Positions 1 to 9,758 of a stretch of DNA of 64,000 nt are shown piece by piece. The position numbers and the translations under genes were made by a program. Origin of the DNA: an uncultured Gammaproteobacteria bacterium. Lineage in GTDB: Bacteria; Pseudomonadota; Gammaproteobacteria; UBA9214. The notes beneath the pieces are model-generated. The model was not told where the DNA came from and did no database searches. It saw only the letters and a list, made by a program, of their open reading frames with translations. The stretch covers positions 32,001 to 96,000 of the forward strand of contig CAVYZN010000017.1 in assembly GCA_963773065.1 (NCBI GenBank), given 5' to 3'. Positions within the stretch are counted from its first letter, which is position 1. Each line of letters begins with the position of its first letter.

Positions 1-42
1 AGACATATCTGTGTTTAACTTCAATAAAGGAGTGCAAGCTTT

Positions 43-462
43 ATGAATACAGTGAAAACTTCCATTGCAGCAGCTTTCATTGCCGGTATTGCGGCTCTCC
101 CGATAACCTCCGCCCAGGCTTGGTGGGGCGGCGGTCCGTGGGGTGGTGGTCCCGGTGGTTGGGGCGACGGCTGGGGTAATGACGGCTGGGGTGATGGCTG
201 GGGTGACGGCTGGGGTGATATGGACTTCAGCATGAGCGCTGGCGGCCACGGCAGTGGTTATGGTCGTGGGCGTGGTTATGGTTATGGACGTGGTTATGGT
301 TATGGCTACGGTTATCCCGGCTATTATGGCTATGGCTATGGTGGCTATCCGGGTTATGGTGGCTGGGGTGGTCCCTATGGTGGTTATCCCGGTGCCTATG
401 GTGCTCCTGTTTATGCTCCCCCGGCGGCAGCTCCTGCCGCACCCGCTACCAAGAGCGAGTAA
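43..462 (+). CDS. Sulfur globule envelope protein (SgpA/SgpB, CV1/CV2-like)
   Basis: Sec signal peptide ending SAQA, then [24 protein letters not shown] repeats, a DMDFSMS motif, GYG/GYP repeats and an Ala/Pro tail. AAGGAG RBS upstream. Confidence 0.88.
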   Translation: MNTVKTSIAAAFIAGIAALPITSAQAWWGGGPWGGGPGGWGDGWGNDGWGDGWGDGWGDMDFSMSAGGHGSGYGRGRGYGYGRGYGYGYGYPGYYGYGYGGYPGYGGWGGPYGGYPGAYGAPVYAPPAAAPAAPATKSE

Positions 463-609
463 CACGCAGTCAATTTGTCAGCATCTGCACAGGGACGTGC
501 ATGTGCTGGCATCTATCATCCATCTGCTGTATAAAGCGGATTCAGTCAGGCTAGCGAATACTTGGCCTGTTGTCGTTTTAATCAACTAACCGCATACACA
601 GAGGCCTAC

Positions 610-1260
610 ATGAAAGATAAAGTTATAGCCATACTCCTGGTTCTGTTAACTTCCATATCTGTACCCGCCCCTGCCGCTCCTTACACACCATACGCACCAC
701 CATATGCACCCTATAGCGGGGGGGAGTATCGCGGCCACCAGTCACCCCAGGCTGAAGCAGGTACGCCGGCTGCTATTCTCAAAGATGGCGTTACCAAACT
801 GACGTCATTTATCCGCGGCGGGGGTGCACAGAATCGCGCACAGGCAATGGCCTACCTGGAAAAGGAAATTGCCCCATATTTTGATTTTGCCTACATGACA
901 CGCTGGGCTGCCGGACCGGCATGGCGCGAGATGAATGCCGCACAACGGGCGGAAATGCAGGAAAAACTCACCACGTCCTTCCTAACAACGCTGGCACAGA
1001 AACTTACCACCTATTCCAACCAGCCCATCCGGTATCTCACGCCTCGCGGGCATGGCAGTGATGAAGTTACGGTCAGTGCCTGGATCATGCAGCCTGCTGG
1101 ATACCCTACAAAACTCGATTTCCGGTTTTACAAGAGCAAAGATGGCTGGAAGGTCTTCGATGTAAAGGCAGCTGGTAACAGCGCTGTTGTCTATTACCGG
1201 GATCAGTTCAGAAACATGTACCGTTATAGCGGCGGGCAGCCCACCCGCTATTACAATTGA
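610..1260 (+). CDS. MlaC/Ttg2D-family periplasmic binding protein with Pro/Tyr-rich extensions
   Basis: Signal peptide; IAPYFDFAYMTRWAAGPAWR and LDFRFYKSKDGWKVFDV...SAVVYYRDQF are MlaC-type motifs. ATG at 610 follows GAGG (the ORF track starts at 562). Confidence 0.8.
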   Translation: MKDKVIAILLVLLTSISVPAPAAPYTPYAPPYAPYSGGEYRGHQSPQAEAGTPAAILKDGVTKLTSFIRGGGAQNRAQAMAYLEKEIAPYFDFAYMTRWAAGPAWREMNAAQRAEMQEKLTTSFLTTLAQKLTTYSNQPIRYLTPRGHGSDEVTVSAWIMQPAGYPTKLDFRFYKSKDGWKVFDVKAAGNSAVVYYRDQFRNMYRYSGGQPTRYYN

Positions 1261-1270
1261 TACAGATAGA

Positions 1271-1305
1271 TGATGCTCTGCCGTCTGAGTGACGGCGGAG
1301 CATCA
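1271..1305 (+). terminator. Hairpin after the mlaC-like gene
   Basis: TGATGCTCTGCCGTC-TGAGT-GACGGCGGAGCATCA inverted repeat; no clear U-tract. Confidence 0.5.
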
Positions 1306-1787
1306 GTCATTACTGCCTGACAATAACCACGAATGAAGTGTGCGATGTATCCTTGACCCCGGACTCCAGCATACCGGCGCAGCATTTATCCGGCACATAC
1401 TCGATGACCCGACCGCTTCCGGCAACCGCCTTAAGAGGAAGCTAATCGCAGGCTGGCCAGCGTATGTCCCTGGGTTATGGTAACCCAAGCATCCAAGCAA
1501 TGCAGTGGTTCTCCACTCTCACATCAAACCAGCCATGCCGGCAACCAATCCCGTCGTCATGCTGGTTTACAATCCGGCCCTGCCACACGTGACATTATGA
1601 ATTCCACGCTACTTGATACCTGATGTTAAATCATCAGACACACCCGCCGTTATAGTGATCAATTCAAGCAGTTTGACCGGCCATACCCGTGGGTAATTCC
1701 GGTTTCCGCAAAGTAGCGTTCTGAGAAGTTAAATATTGGTACACTTGCACCACCCGTGATGTACATGAATCTTTCACGGCCAATAGG

Positions 1788-3476
1788 ATGATGGCAATGA
1801 CAACATATATGAATACCTTAGTCGGCCAGGTCACTGCGGTGCGACCAGGCCTGTTCAGCGCGACACTGAATGAAGACACCGACGGCAATCTTCCCAGGGC
1901 CATGATCAACGGTGAACGCGTACCGGTAGGGCAGCCGGGTTCCTATCTGGCAATTACCCAGAAGGGTATTCGCGTCCTGGCCATGGTAACCGAAATGGTT
2001 GAGCAGGATATCTCTGAACCATCCAATAATCTCCCGGGACGACGCAACGTCAAACAACGGACTATCAAGCTGATCCCACTCGGTGAAATAAACAGTGGGG
2101 GAACTTTCGAGAACGGAGTCAAAAGCTATCCGGTAGCGGGGGCGGAAGTACACGCCGTCAGTGAAGATGACATTAAATCCATCTTCGTGAAATTCCGCAG
2201 CCATGGATACAGCCTCGGAACACTCTCGGGCCACTCCTCTCTTGATGTGTGCTTTGATCCTGCGACGCTGTTCGGCAGGCATTGCGCCATTCTCGGACAA
2301 TCCGGTGCCGGTAAATCCTGGACAGTCGCCACCATTATCCAGCGCGCGGTCAAGGTGATGCCCAATGCCCACATAATCCTGCTCGATCTGCACGGGGAAT
2401 ATGCCTGGAAGGACCGGGAAGGAAAGCAGCATTATGCCTTTGATGAAAATGTCGTGCGCCATATCGATGCGCGCGATCTTGAAATGCCCTACTGGCTCAT
2501 GACCTTCTCGGAGCTGGTAGATCTGCTGATTGACCGCAATGATGAGAATGCCTCAACACAGATTGCCTTCCTGCGTGACAGCGTGCATGACCTGCGCAAT
2601 AAATCCAACAAGGAACTCGGCATCAGCCACCTGACCGTGGATTCGCCGGTCTACTTTTCGCTCGATGCGCTTTACGGCTATTTTGAAGAAGCGAACAAGA
2701 TGACCACCAATTTTGGCAAGGAAAAGGGGCCGCTCGCGGGCAAGTTTGATCAGTTCCTCATGCGCCTGCAAAGCCGCATGAATGACGTGCGTTACAACTT
2801 CATGCTCAGACCCAGTCATCGCACCTCGTCGGATTCCCTGGGTGGATTACTGCGTGACTTTGTAGGTCTTGGTACTCCGAAACGCCAGATAACGGTCATC
2901 GATATCAGCACGGTACCATTTGATGTACGGCCGACGGTCACCTCCCAGATCGGCCGGCTGGCCTTTGAATTCAACTACTGGAACCCGCACTATCGTGACT
3001 TCCCCATACTGCTGGTCTGCGAGGAGGCCCATGCCTATATACCGCGTGATAAGGATCCACGCTACGAAGGCACCCGTCAGTCGATGCAGCGCATTGCGCG
3101 CGAAGGACGCAAATACGGTGTCGGACTGGCCGTGGTCAGCCAGCGCCCGAACGAGCTGTCAGAAACGGTGCTGGCACAGTGTAACACCTTCATCTGCCTG
3201 CGTCTGACCAACCCGGATGACCAGGCTTATGTCCGCAACCTGGTGCCGGAAGCTGAGCGTGATCTCATCGAGGTTCTGTCATCGCTGGGACGCGGCGAGG
3301 CCCTGGCCATGGGAGCGGCTGTGCCACTGCCTACACGCTTGCAATTCAACAAACCAAATCCGGTGCCAAACAGCTCGGATGTTGATTTTTACACCCAGTG
3401 GGTTACAGGCCTGAAAGATCTGGATGTGGATGACATAGTAGACCGCTGGCGCCATCAGAACCGCCTCAAGTCCTAG
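1788..3476 (+). CDS. HerA-like (DUF87/DUF853) ATPase
   Basis: N-terminal HAS-barrel-like region, RHCAILGQSGAGKS Walker A, LLDLHGEY, LLVCEEAH Walker B, IAREGRKYG and SQRP. Confidence 0.88.
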   Translation: MMAMTTYMNTLVGQVTAVRPGLFSATLNEDTDGNLPRAMINGERVPVGQPGSYLAITQKGIRVLAMVTEMVEQDISEPSNNLPGRRNVKQRTIKLIPLGEINSGGTFENGVKSYPVAGAEVHAVSEDDIKSIFVKFRSHGYSLGTLSGHSSLDVCFDPATLFGRHCAILGQSGAGKSWTVATIIQRAVKVMPNAHIILLDLHGEYAWKDREGKQHYAFDENVVRHIDARDLEMPYWLMTFSELVDLLIDRNDENASTQIAFLRDSVHDLRNKSNKELGISHLTVDSPVYFSLDALYGYFEEANKMTTNFGKEKGPLAGKFDQFLMRLQSRMNDVRYNFMLRPSHRTSSDSLGGLLRDFVGLGTPKRQITVIDISTVPFDVRPTVTSQIGRLAFEFNYWNPHYRDFPILLVCEEAHAYIPRDKDPRYEGTRQSMQRIAREGRKYGVGLAVVSQRPNELSETVLAQCNTFICLRLTNPDDQAYVRNLVPEAERDLIEVLSSLGRGEALAMGAAVPLPTRLQFNKPNPVPNSSDVDFYTQWVTGLKDLDVDDIVDRWRHQNRLKS

Positions 3477-3524
3477 AAGAAGCCAAGGCCGGCTAGAAAC
3501 GGCCGGCGGCAACAACATACTGGG

Positions 3525-4712
3525 TCAGGCAGACGCGATCAATTCATCGTAACCCAACAGATGCAGGATCTGATCCCTAGCCGCCATGGCATCCTGGTAA
3601 CCGAGATCGATGAGCTCCTTGCAATAGGGTGCATCGAACATCAGGTAACTCATTAGTGGACGGCCTTCACGCGCCAGCGCGCCGATACCCATAAGCAGTA
3701 TCCGCACCGAAAGCGGGAAATTTCCCACGTAGCGCTCCACAATTTCACGCACATCCCGACTGGGTGCAATCATCAGGTACTCGATCTGGCGCAGGGCCGT
3801 ATCCTTGAATTCGACACGCTTGTCCTTCGTCTCCGCAATGGTATGGTTGATACGCCGCATGCGTTCAATATCAGCATCCAGGCTGTCCATGAACAGATTG
3901 TCAAAGATATAACCGGCGATTTGTCCAAATGTCGGGTAAGGGACAATAACACCATTCGCCGGGGCAGGATCAGGACCCGGACTTCTGACCCCGATAATCA
4001 GGAGTCGGTTTGCACCCATATGCAAGGCGGGACTCAGCGGCGCGGTTTGACGCATGGATCCATCACCGTAATATTCATTATGAAGTTTTACCGCGGGAAA
4101 CAGTACCGGTATTGCAGACGACGCCATTAGATGATCCAGCGTCAACTCCTCCGGCCTCCCCAGTCGACGTGTCCGTTTCCAGGGTACCAGACCCTTGATG
4201 CCCTGATAAAAAGTTACCGAAGTGCCGCTCGTATACCCGGAAGCAGTGACCGATACAGCACGCAGAATACCACTGTCAATTGCTTGCTGTATGCGTGCAA
4301 ACCGGATGTGCCTTTCCAGCAGTTCCCGCAACGGGCTGTTATCGAGTACCGACCGGGGCTGCCCCTTAACCAGACCTGCCGTGGCAAATGTCACAGCCCA
4401 GCGGAAGCCGCTTTTTACCGCTGTCCAGGCATCTGTCCTGAAAACTTTATCAACATGGAAATTTTCCCAGATGCCATTAAGCCGCCGCACGCCTTCCCGG
4501 AACTGTTTTGCGCTGCTTGCCAGCAGCACGGCGTTCAAGGCGCCTGACGATGCGCCACAGATAACCTGGAAGGGATTCTCGGCATTCCCGGGCAAAATAT
4601 CGGCGATGGCTTTTAAAACACCTGCCTGGTAGGCACTGCGCGCGCCGCCACCCGGCAAAACCAGGCCGGTGATCGGTGGCTCATGCTTCTTCTTGAACGA
4701 AAGCCAGTACAT
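3525..4712 (-). CDS. Patatin-like phospholipase
   Basis: LVLPGGGARSAYQAGV, GASSG nucleophile motif, ASSAIP and DGS. Confidence 0.9.
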   Translation of the reverse strand: MYWLSFKKKHEPPITGLVLPGGGARSAYQAGVLKAIADILPGNAENPFQVICGASSGALNAVLLASSAKQFREGVRRLNGIWENFHVDKVFRTDAWTAVKSGFRWAVTFATAGLVKGQPRSVLDNSPLRELLERHIRFARIQQAIDSGILRAVSVTASGYTSGTSVTFYQGIKGLVPWKRTRRLGRPEELTLDHLMASSAIPVLFPAVKLHNEYYGDGSMRQTAPLSPALHMGANRLLIIGVRSPGPDPAPANGVIVPYPTFGQIAGYIFDNLFMDSLDADIERMRRINHTIAETKDKRVEFKDTALRQIEYLMIAPSRDVREIVERYVGNFPLSVRILLMGIGALAREGRPLMSYLMFDAPYCKELIDLGYQDAMAARDQILHLLGYDELIASA

Positions 4713-4816
4713 ATACTAGGCACCGCATCACACAATATTTATTGTATCGGCATATTTGCTGGTTCTTGACTGCCTTGAAAATGGCAAAAAAACCGGGGAC
4801 GAAAACAGGGCTGAAC

Positions 4817-6397
4817 CTATACATTCGGAATTGGTTTCAGCTTTTCCGCAATCCGGGCTGCAATCTCAGCGACAGACGGTTCCCGTGACGCCTCTATCAC
4901 AATCGCCTGCTCCTCGTGAATCAGCGGTTCCTGTGATCTGAGCTGAGCCTCCAACACCGCGACACCGGCCTCGGAGGGGTCCATACCGGTAGCCTGCCGC
5001 TTGCGTATCCGGTTGCGAAGCGTATCTTCGTCCGCGGTAAAATGTAGTAACACAAACGCTACCCCGAGCTGCGCGGCCAGATGGCTGAAACGATCACGCT
5101 CGGTGCGCTTCAGAAAGGCCGCATCAACTATGACAGTATAGCCACCTTCAATCGCATACCGGGCCAGATCAGCGATTCGCGCGTAGGTTTCCAGACCGGC
5201 TGCCTCCGTGTAGATACCGGATTGCACTGCAGACCCTGTATTTTCATACATACGATATCCATACAGGCGCTTGCGTTCTACATCGGAACGCACCTGGATT
5301 GCGCCCAGACTGACGGCCAGTCGTGAGGCGTACCATGACTTACCTGTGCCCGATACACCTTGCGTGATGATCAGGGCCGGTGTGGTAGTGCCGGCAAAAT
5401 TCCGGGCCAGTCGCGCATAGGACTCATACTCATTCCACACGACGGCTGCCTCGTCGGCTGCCATCGCTGTCTGACCCAGTCGCAACACAGCGACCTTGGC
5501 GCGCACCAGTGCACGGTATACGAGGTAATAGCGCAGGATCCTGACACCGGCATAATCCCCGGTTCGTTGCAGATAACCATTCAGGAAACGGTATGCCAAC
5601 TCCGGGTAACCACGGTCCTGGAGATCCATCATCAGGAACGCGGTCTCACTCATGACATCAATCCAGCGCAGACAGGGATTGAACTCGATGCAGTCGAACG
5701 GCGTGATACGGCCATCAACGAGTGCCAGGTTGCCAAGGTGCAGATCGCCATGACATTCACGGATAAAGCCACTGCTCTTGCGTGCCTGGATCACAGGCTG
5801 CTTGATCTGAAACTCCCGCTGACACCATTGTTCCAGGCGATCAAGCTGTTGACGTTGTGTTTCATCCTTCAGCGCCGGCCTGATGTGTGTAAAATTCTCG
5901 ATGACCCAGCGATGTATATCCCGTGGCAGTCCATATTGCAGATCGTCACCCGCAACGGCTGACTGGGCATGCATGTCCGCAACCAGCCCGACAATTTCAT
6001 CTATGTGAGCTTTGGTAACAGCATGGCGGGCTGCCATGCTGCTCAGCAGATCCTGCTGGGAAAACTGGCGCATCTTGACGGCATATTCAATCGGGTCGCC
6101 TTCCCCCAGCAACGAGGGTTGCTCCGCGCTACCCCTCACCGCAACGACATCAAGATAGAGATCGGGGGCAAACCGCCGGTTCAGTCGCATTTCTTCCTGG
6201 CAGTAGAAGTGGCGTTTATCCAGCGTCGTAAAATCGAGGAAACCGAAATTGACGGCTTTTTTGATCTTGTAGACGATATCGCCGGTTAGAATTGCCCACG
6301 AGATATGCGTCTCGATCAGACGGATTTCGCCAATAGGGTGGTCATAGCACACAGGGTTCTGCAGCGCACGGATCAATGTCTTCTGGTCATGCGGCAC
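4817..6397 (-). CDS. Bifunctional aminoglycoside-phosphotransferase-like / AAA_33 kinase protein
   Basis: ETHISW, ECHGDLHLGN and FDCIEFN in the N-domain; GVSGTGKS P-loop and RSDVERK in the C-domain. Confidence 0.88.
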   Translation of the reverse strand: MPHDQKTLIRALQNPVCYDHPIGEIRLIETHISWAILTGDIVYKIKKAVNFGFLDFTTLDKRHFYCQEEMRLNRRFAPDLYLDVVAVRGSAEQPSLLGEGDPIEYAVKMRQFSQQDLLSSMAARHAVTKAHIDEIVGLVADMHAQSAVAGDDLQYGLPRDIHRWVIENFTHIRPALKDETQRQQLDRLEQWCQREFQIKQPVIQARKSSGFIRECHGDLHLGNLALVDGRITPFDCIEFNPCLRWIDVMSETAFLMMDLQDRGYPELAYRFLNGYLQRTGDYAGVRILRYYLVYRALVRAKVAVLRLGQTAMAADEAAVVWNEYESYARLARNFAGTTTPALIITQGVSGTGKSWYASRLAVSLGAIQVRSDVERKRLYGYRMYENTGSAVQSGIYTEAAGLETYARIADLARYAIEGGYTVIVDAAFLKRTERDRFSHLAAQLGVAFVLLHFTADEDTLRNRIRKRQATGMDPSEAGVAVLEAQLRSQEPLIHEEQAIVIEASREPSVAEIAARIAEKLKPIPNV

Positions 6398-6536
6398 AAT
6401 AACCCCTGTTTACATCCTGGCGAATCCGACCCGGCTCTAGGTCAACCACAATGCCTTGCTGCGATATGAAAGTATAGACCGTGCGTGGCACGTCCAATGC
6501 CTATACCATAGGCATGTAACATCAATCAACAGCGAG

Positions 6537-6550
6537 TTGATCTGAATCAG
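6537..6550. promoter_or_regulatory. FNR-type box
   Basis: TTGAT-CTGA-ATCAG (9/10 match to TTGAT-N4-ATCAA) between the divergent kinase and CBS genes. Confidence 0.65.
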
Positions 6551-6646
6551 AATCAGACTTTTCTTGTCTTTTATATTTGGATAACAGGCAATAAAATGTT
6601 TGTGTCCACGGTTAACAGGTAACTCTCAGAAATTCGGAGGCAGTTC

Positions 6647-7120
6647 ATGAAAGCCGGTGAGCTATGTAATCGCGATGTGGTCACTGCCACCCGGGATACC
6701 ACCATCCCGGAGGCCGCCAAGTTAATGCGCGATCATCATGTAGGAAGCCTGGTTATTGTCGAAACGCACGGGGATCGCGTGGAACCGGTTGGCATAATCA
6801 CGGATCGTGATATCGTGATTGAGGTTATCGCCGAGGCTGTAGACCTCGACACGGTGACGGTGGGTGATGTCATGAGTTACGCGTTACTGAGGGTCTCGGA
6901 ACACGAGAGCGTGTTCGATACGGCTCAGCGCATGCGTGCCCGAGGTGTTCGACGTGTCCCCGTTATTTCCGAAACCGGCGCACTGACCGGAATTCTGGCG
7001 CTTGACGATATGCTCGCACTGTTGAGCGAAGAGTTGATGCTATTGGCCAAACTGACCTCTCGCGAGAGTGAACAGGAACAGAAGAAACGCGCCTCTTCAC
7101 GGCTGAAACGTGGTCAGTGA
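6647..7120 (+). CDS. CBS-domain protein
   Basis: Tandem CBS motifs (HHVGSLVIV, GIITDRDIV, GVRRVPV, GILALDD). Confidence 0.9.
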   Translation: MKAGELCNRDVVTATRDTTIPEAAKLMRDHHVGSLVIVETHGDRVEPVGIITDRDIVIEVIAEAVDLDTVTVGDVMSYALLRVSEHESVFDTAQRMRARGVRRVPVISETGALTGILALDDMLALLSEELMLLAKLTSRESEQEQKKRASSRLKRGQ

Positions 7121-7177
7121 GTAAATGAAACCATCGGGAAGGTAGGCATGATACTTCCGCACCCAGGCCAGTCAAAG

Positions 7178-7200
7178 GACGCCCGGCTTACGCGGGCGTC
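7178..7200. terminator. Hairpin between convergent genes
   Basis: GACGCCCG-GCTTACG-CGGGCGTC. Confidence 0.4.
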
Positions 7201-7344
7201 CGAGTTATATACGCATGGAAAATTCAGTGACTATGCGTTACATCCGAGCGAACTGCTACCGCTCGGATTGAAGGATAACGCCTTGCCCGCCGCGTAAGTC
7301 GCCGCCGCATCACTGCGGCGGCGATAACATCACTTGCGGCAATA

Positions 7345-8097
7345 TTACTGGGGCGCTGCAGGCAGCCGGGAATAGGGATTCTCACCGTAGGGTGGTCTGG
7401 CCAACGGGCCGGATTGCGGTCCGCCGGGATACGCACCCGGAAGTTCATCGGAACGATCGAACATTTCCTTGTAGTGGTCATTGATGTAGTTGTGTCGCTC
7501 CTGCGGTGTCATGTCTTCCATGGCCGAGAGGAATGACGCCAGCCGGGCCTTCCGTTCCTCTGCCTCATTGCGCAGATCCTCTTGCCGTTTGATCATGGCC
7601 TCCTTGCGATCAATGGCCATTTGCAGCAGTTCCTGATGATGATCGACAAGGTAATCACGATCCGAGGCGATGCCTTGACGCTGTTCATCATAATGTTTGG
7701 CCATTTGTTCAAGACGCTCCTCGCGTTGCTTCAAATAAGCCTCGACTTTTTCCGCGTAGGCTTTCTCCCTCGCTTCAAAACGCCTGCGCGCATCTTCAAG
7801 TTGTTTCAGGGTTTCCAGCTTTCTGGTGTCATACAACTCTCGATAGGCCTTGATGCGCTGCTCCATGTCTGCTTCCAGGTTTTCTGACGGCATGTCTGCA
7901 ACAGTGCCGGGCGGTGTGTATGACTCCGGCGCTGGCACGGCGGCTGGCGATGGTGGCGCAGAGACCGGCGGTGCGGCCGGGATGGATGCCGCGGGTACCG
8001 CTTCGGCAGATGGAGGGGGTGGTACCTCTTCAGCCAAGGCTTGTTGAAGGAAAAAGACACAGGATAAAAACGTCACTACCAGCATTCTTACTAACAT
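7345..8097 (-). CDS. Exported Pro-rich / coiled-coil hypothetical protein (SgpD-like architecture)
   Basis: Signal peptide ending QALA, Pro/Ala linker, long E/R/K/Q-rich helical segment and PY/PG-rich tail. AGGAGAG RBS. Confidence 0.7.
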   Translation of the reverse strand: MLVRMLVVTFLSCVFFLQQALAEEVPPPPSAEAVPAASIPAAPPVSAPPSPAAVPAPESYTPPGTVADMPSENLEADMEQRIKAYRELYDTRKLETLKQLEDARRRFEAREKAYAEKVEAYLKQREERLEQMAKHYDEQRQGIASDRDYLVDHHQELLQMAIDRKEAMIKRQEDLRNEAEERKARLASFLSAMEDMTPQERHNYINDHYKEMFDRSDELPGAYPGGPQSGPLARPPYGENPYSRLPAAPQ

Positions 8098-8241
8098 GAT
8101 TTCTCTCCTTTATCGTTTCTTATCTCATACCAGCCAAACGTGCAAATTGTTTATTAAATACTCCTATCGCTGGCCCGGGCCCCACGACCGGATGACATCA
8201 AACTTGAAAAATAATGCGCGGTGCGGCAACCGGACGCTCAT

Positions 8242-8775
8242 TTACCACGGTAGAAAGTTGTTCATTTTCGAAAGCGGACGGGCGATATTGCGTCCCATAT
8301 AGGTCATCTCATTGCGCATCTGATCACCGGTAATGGTCATATTACGCATCGACGCGTCCATGCCGCGCATGTGCGTCAGCATGGGATCCAGATTCTCCAA
8401 CGCATTCATCTTGACGGAAATATCATCGATGGAATTCGTCATTCTGTCCATACGCCGGGTCATGGTCCTAACATTCTCGGACAAGTAGGCCACACTGTCG
8501 GAGATATGGGTCAGGTGGTCACCCATTTCAGGATCCATACCTTCCGCGAGTATGTGGATATCGCGACTCAGGGTATAAATCAGGAAAAAACCATAGGCTG
8601 CCAGGATGACAAAGGCCAGCATGGTAGGGTATATGACAAGTTCCCAACGACGTGCACTGGCTTCAAAAACCTTGACAAACCGTTCCATGGAATCGGTGTT
8701 CAGTACCAGTTCATCCTTGCGGGTTTTACCCTCCGTAACCCCATTATTCTCCTTGTCTGGTGTCGTCTCGTGCAT
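8242..8775 (-). CDS. Hypothetical single-TM protein with Met-rich coiled coil
   Basis: FEASARRWE, a TM helix (LVIYPTMLAFVILAAYGFFLIY), a heptad-like Met-rich region and a C-terminal LPW. GAGG RBS. Confidence 0.75.
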   Translation of the reverse strand: MHETTPDKENNGVTEGKTRKDELVLNTDSMERFVKVFEASARRWELVIYPTMLAFVILAAYGFFLIYTLSRDIHILAEGMDPEMGDHLTHISDSVAYLSENVRTMTRRMDRMTNSIDDISVKMNALENLDPMLTHMRGMDASMRNMTITGDQMRNEMTYMGRNIARPLSKMNNFLPW

Positions 8776-9120
8776 GATTTGAACTGCCTCTTAAAGTGGC
8801 AAGTATCAGCAGGCGCTTATTTTATGAGCACCCACTGCTCCTGCCTTTATAGTTAATAATCTTTATTTCGTCATCCGTCAAATAATGGGAATTCACACTA
8901 CCTGGAATCGCAAATCAGCCGGGGTACGTACGCCGATATCACCGCTGGAGTGCGTGAAGTTGCGCCGCCTTAAGGAGCCGCCTTGAGTCAAACCGGCCGG
9001 CCCCGCACCCATAACGAACTCACCACTTCTAGGAAGCGAAGATAGCACGACTGTTTTTCCGGTGCAACCGCCTCTAGATAGCTATCGAGGGTAAATACCC
9101 AGGGTATCTTCCGAAATTGT

Positions 9121-9711
9121 TCAGGCGGATACCAGCAACAGCGAACCGATCAGCACGACAAAACCTCCCGCAAGGCGCACCGGGACCCGCGATTCCGCCT
9201 GTCGCAGCCAGCGGCCCAAGGCAATCCCGGAAATCAGCAGGAACGAGGTTGTCAACAGCAAACCGGCCGCATACCACACGGCGCTTGCCGTCATCGGCAT
9301 CTCCACGGCGTGGGCATAGCCATGAAACAGGGCAAACCCACCCATGACGGCATACCCGGCCACCCGTGGCAAATGCACCCGCAGGACGATCAGGGCACCA
9401 AGGGTAATCACCGACAAGGCAATTGCCGGCTCGGCCAGGTACAGTGGGATGCCGGCAAGGCCGGCAAAAGCACCGAGTCCCAGCATACCCAGAAAGACGG
9501 CGGTGATGGAGCGAATAGTGGCGCTGCCCGCGAGTGCCGCCCACAGGCCGGCAGCAATTGCAGCCAGAATGTGGTCTGCGCCCGTTAACGGATGCACGAC
9601 CCCGGCGATCAAGCCCGTCATTTCTGTCGTTACGGTGTGCGCCTGGGCAAAGGGCGTGAAGATCACACCCATGAGCAGCAGAAGAACGGTTGAACTGGCT
9701 TTCAGTGGCAT
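9121..9711 (-). CDS. hupE: HupE/UreJ-family nickel transporter
   Basis: Signal ending AQAH; HPLTGADHILA and FALFHGYAHAVE motifs; directly downstream of the hydrogenase large subunit. Confidence 0.92.
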   Translation of the reverse strand: MPLKASSTVLLLLMGVIFTPFAQAHTVTTEMTGLIAGVVHPLTGADHILAAIAAGLWAALAGSATIRSITAVFLGMLGLGAFAGLAGIPLYLAEPAIALSVITLGALIVLRVHLPRVAGYAVMGGFALFHGYAHAVEMPMTASAVWYAAGLLLTTSFLLISGIALGRWLRQAESRVPVRLAGGFVVLIGSLLLVSA

Positions 9712-9758
9712 ACTCTGTACTCCATATACTCCATCGGATTGGTTTCAGACTTGATAAT

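Noticed and set aside
120-400. GGTTATGGC/GGCTGGGGT tandem repeats as a DNA repeat array or CRISPR
   Set aside because: They are codon-phase repeats encoding the Gly/Tyr/Trp repeats of the sulfur globule protein, with no unique spacers.
1306-1787. Long intergenic region as a possible sRNA or small gene
   Set aside because: The short ORFs have no recognisable motifs, and I recognise no RNA family here.
1788-4712. HerA plus patatin as a two-gene defence system
   Set aside because: The genes are convergent rather than operonic, there is no cyclase or other defence gene, and the patatin looks like the common stand-alone type.
8880-9075. Possible riboswitch or tRNA upstream of ORF 8775
   Set aside because: No cloverleaf, T-loop or riboswitch consensus could be identified by eye.
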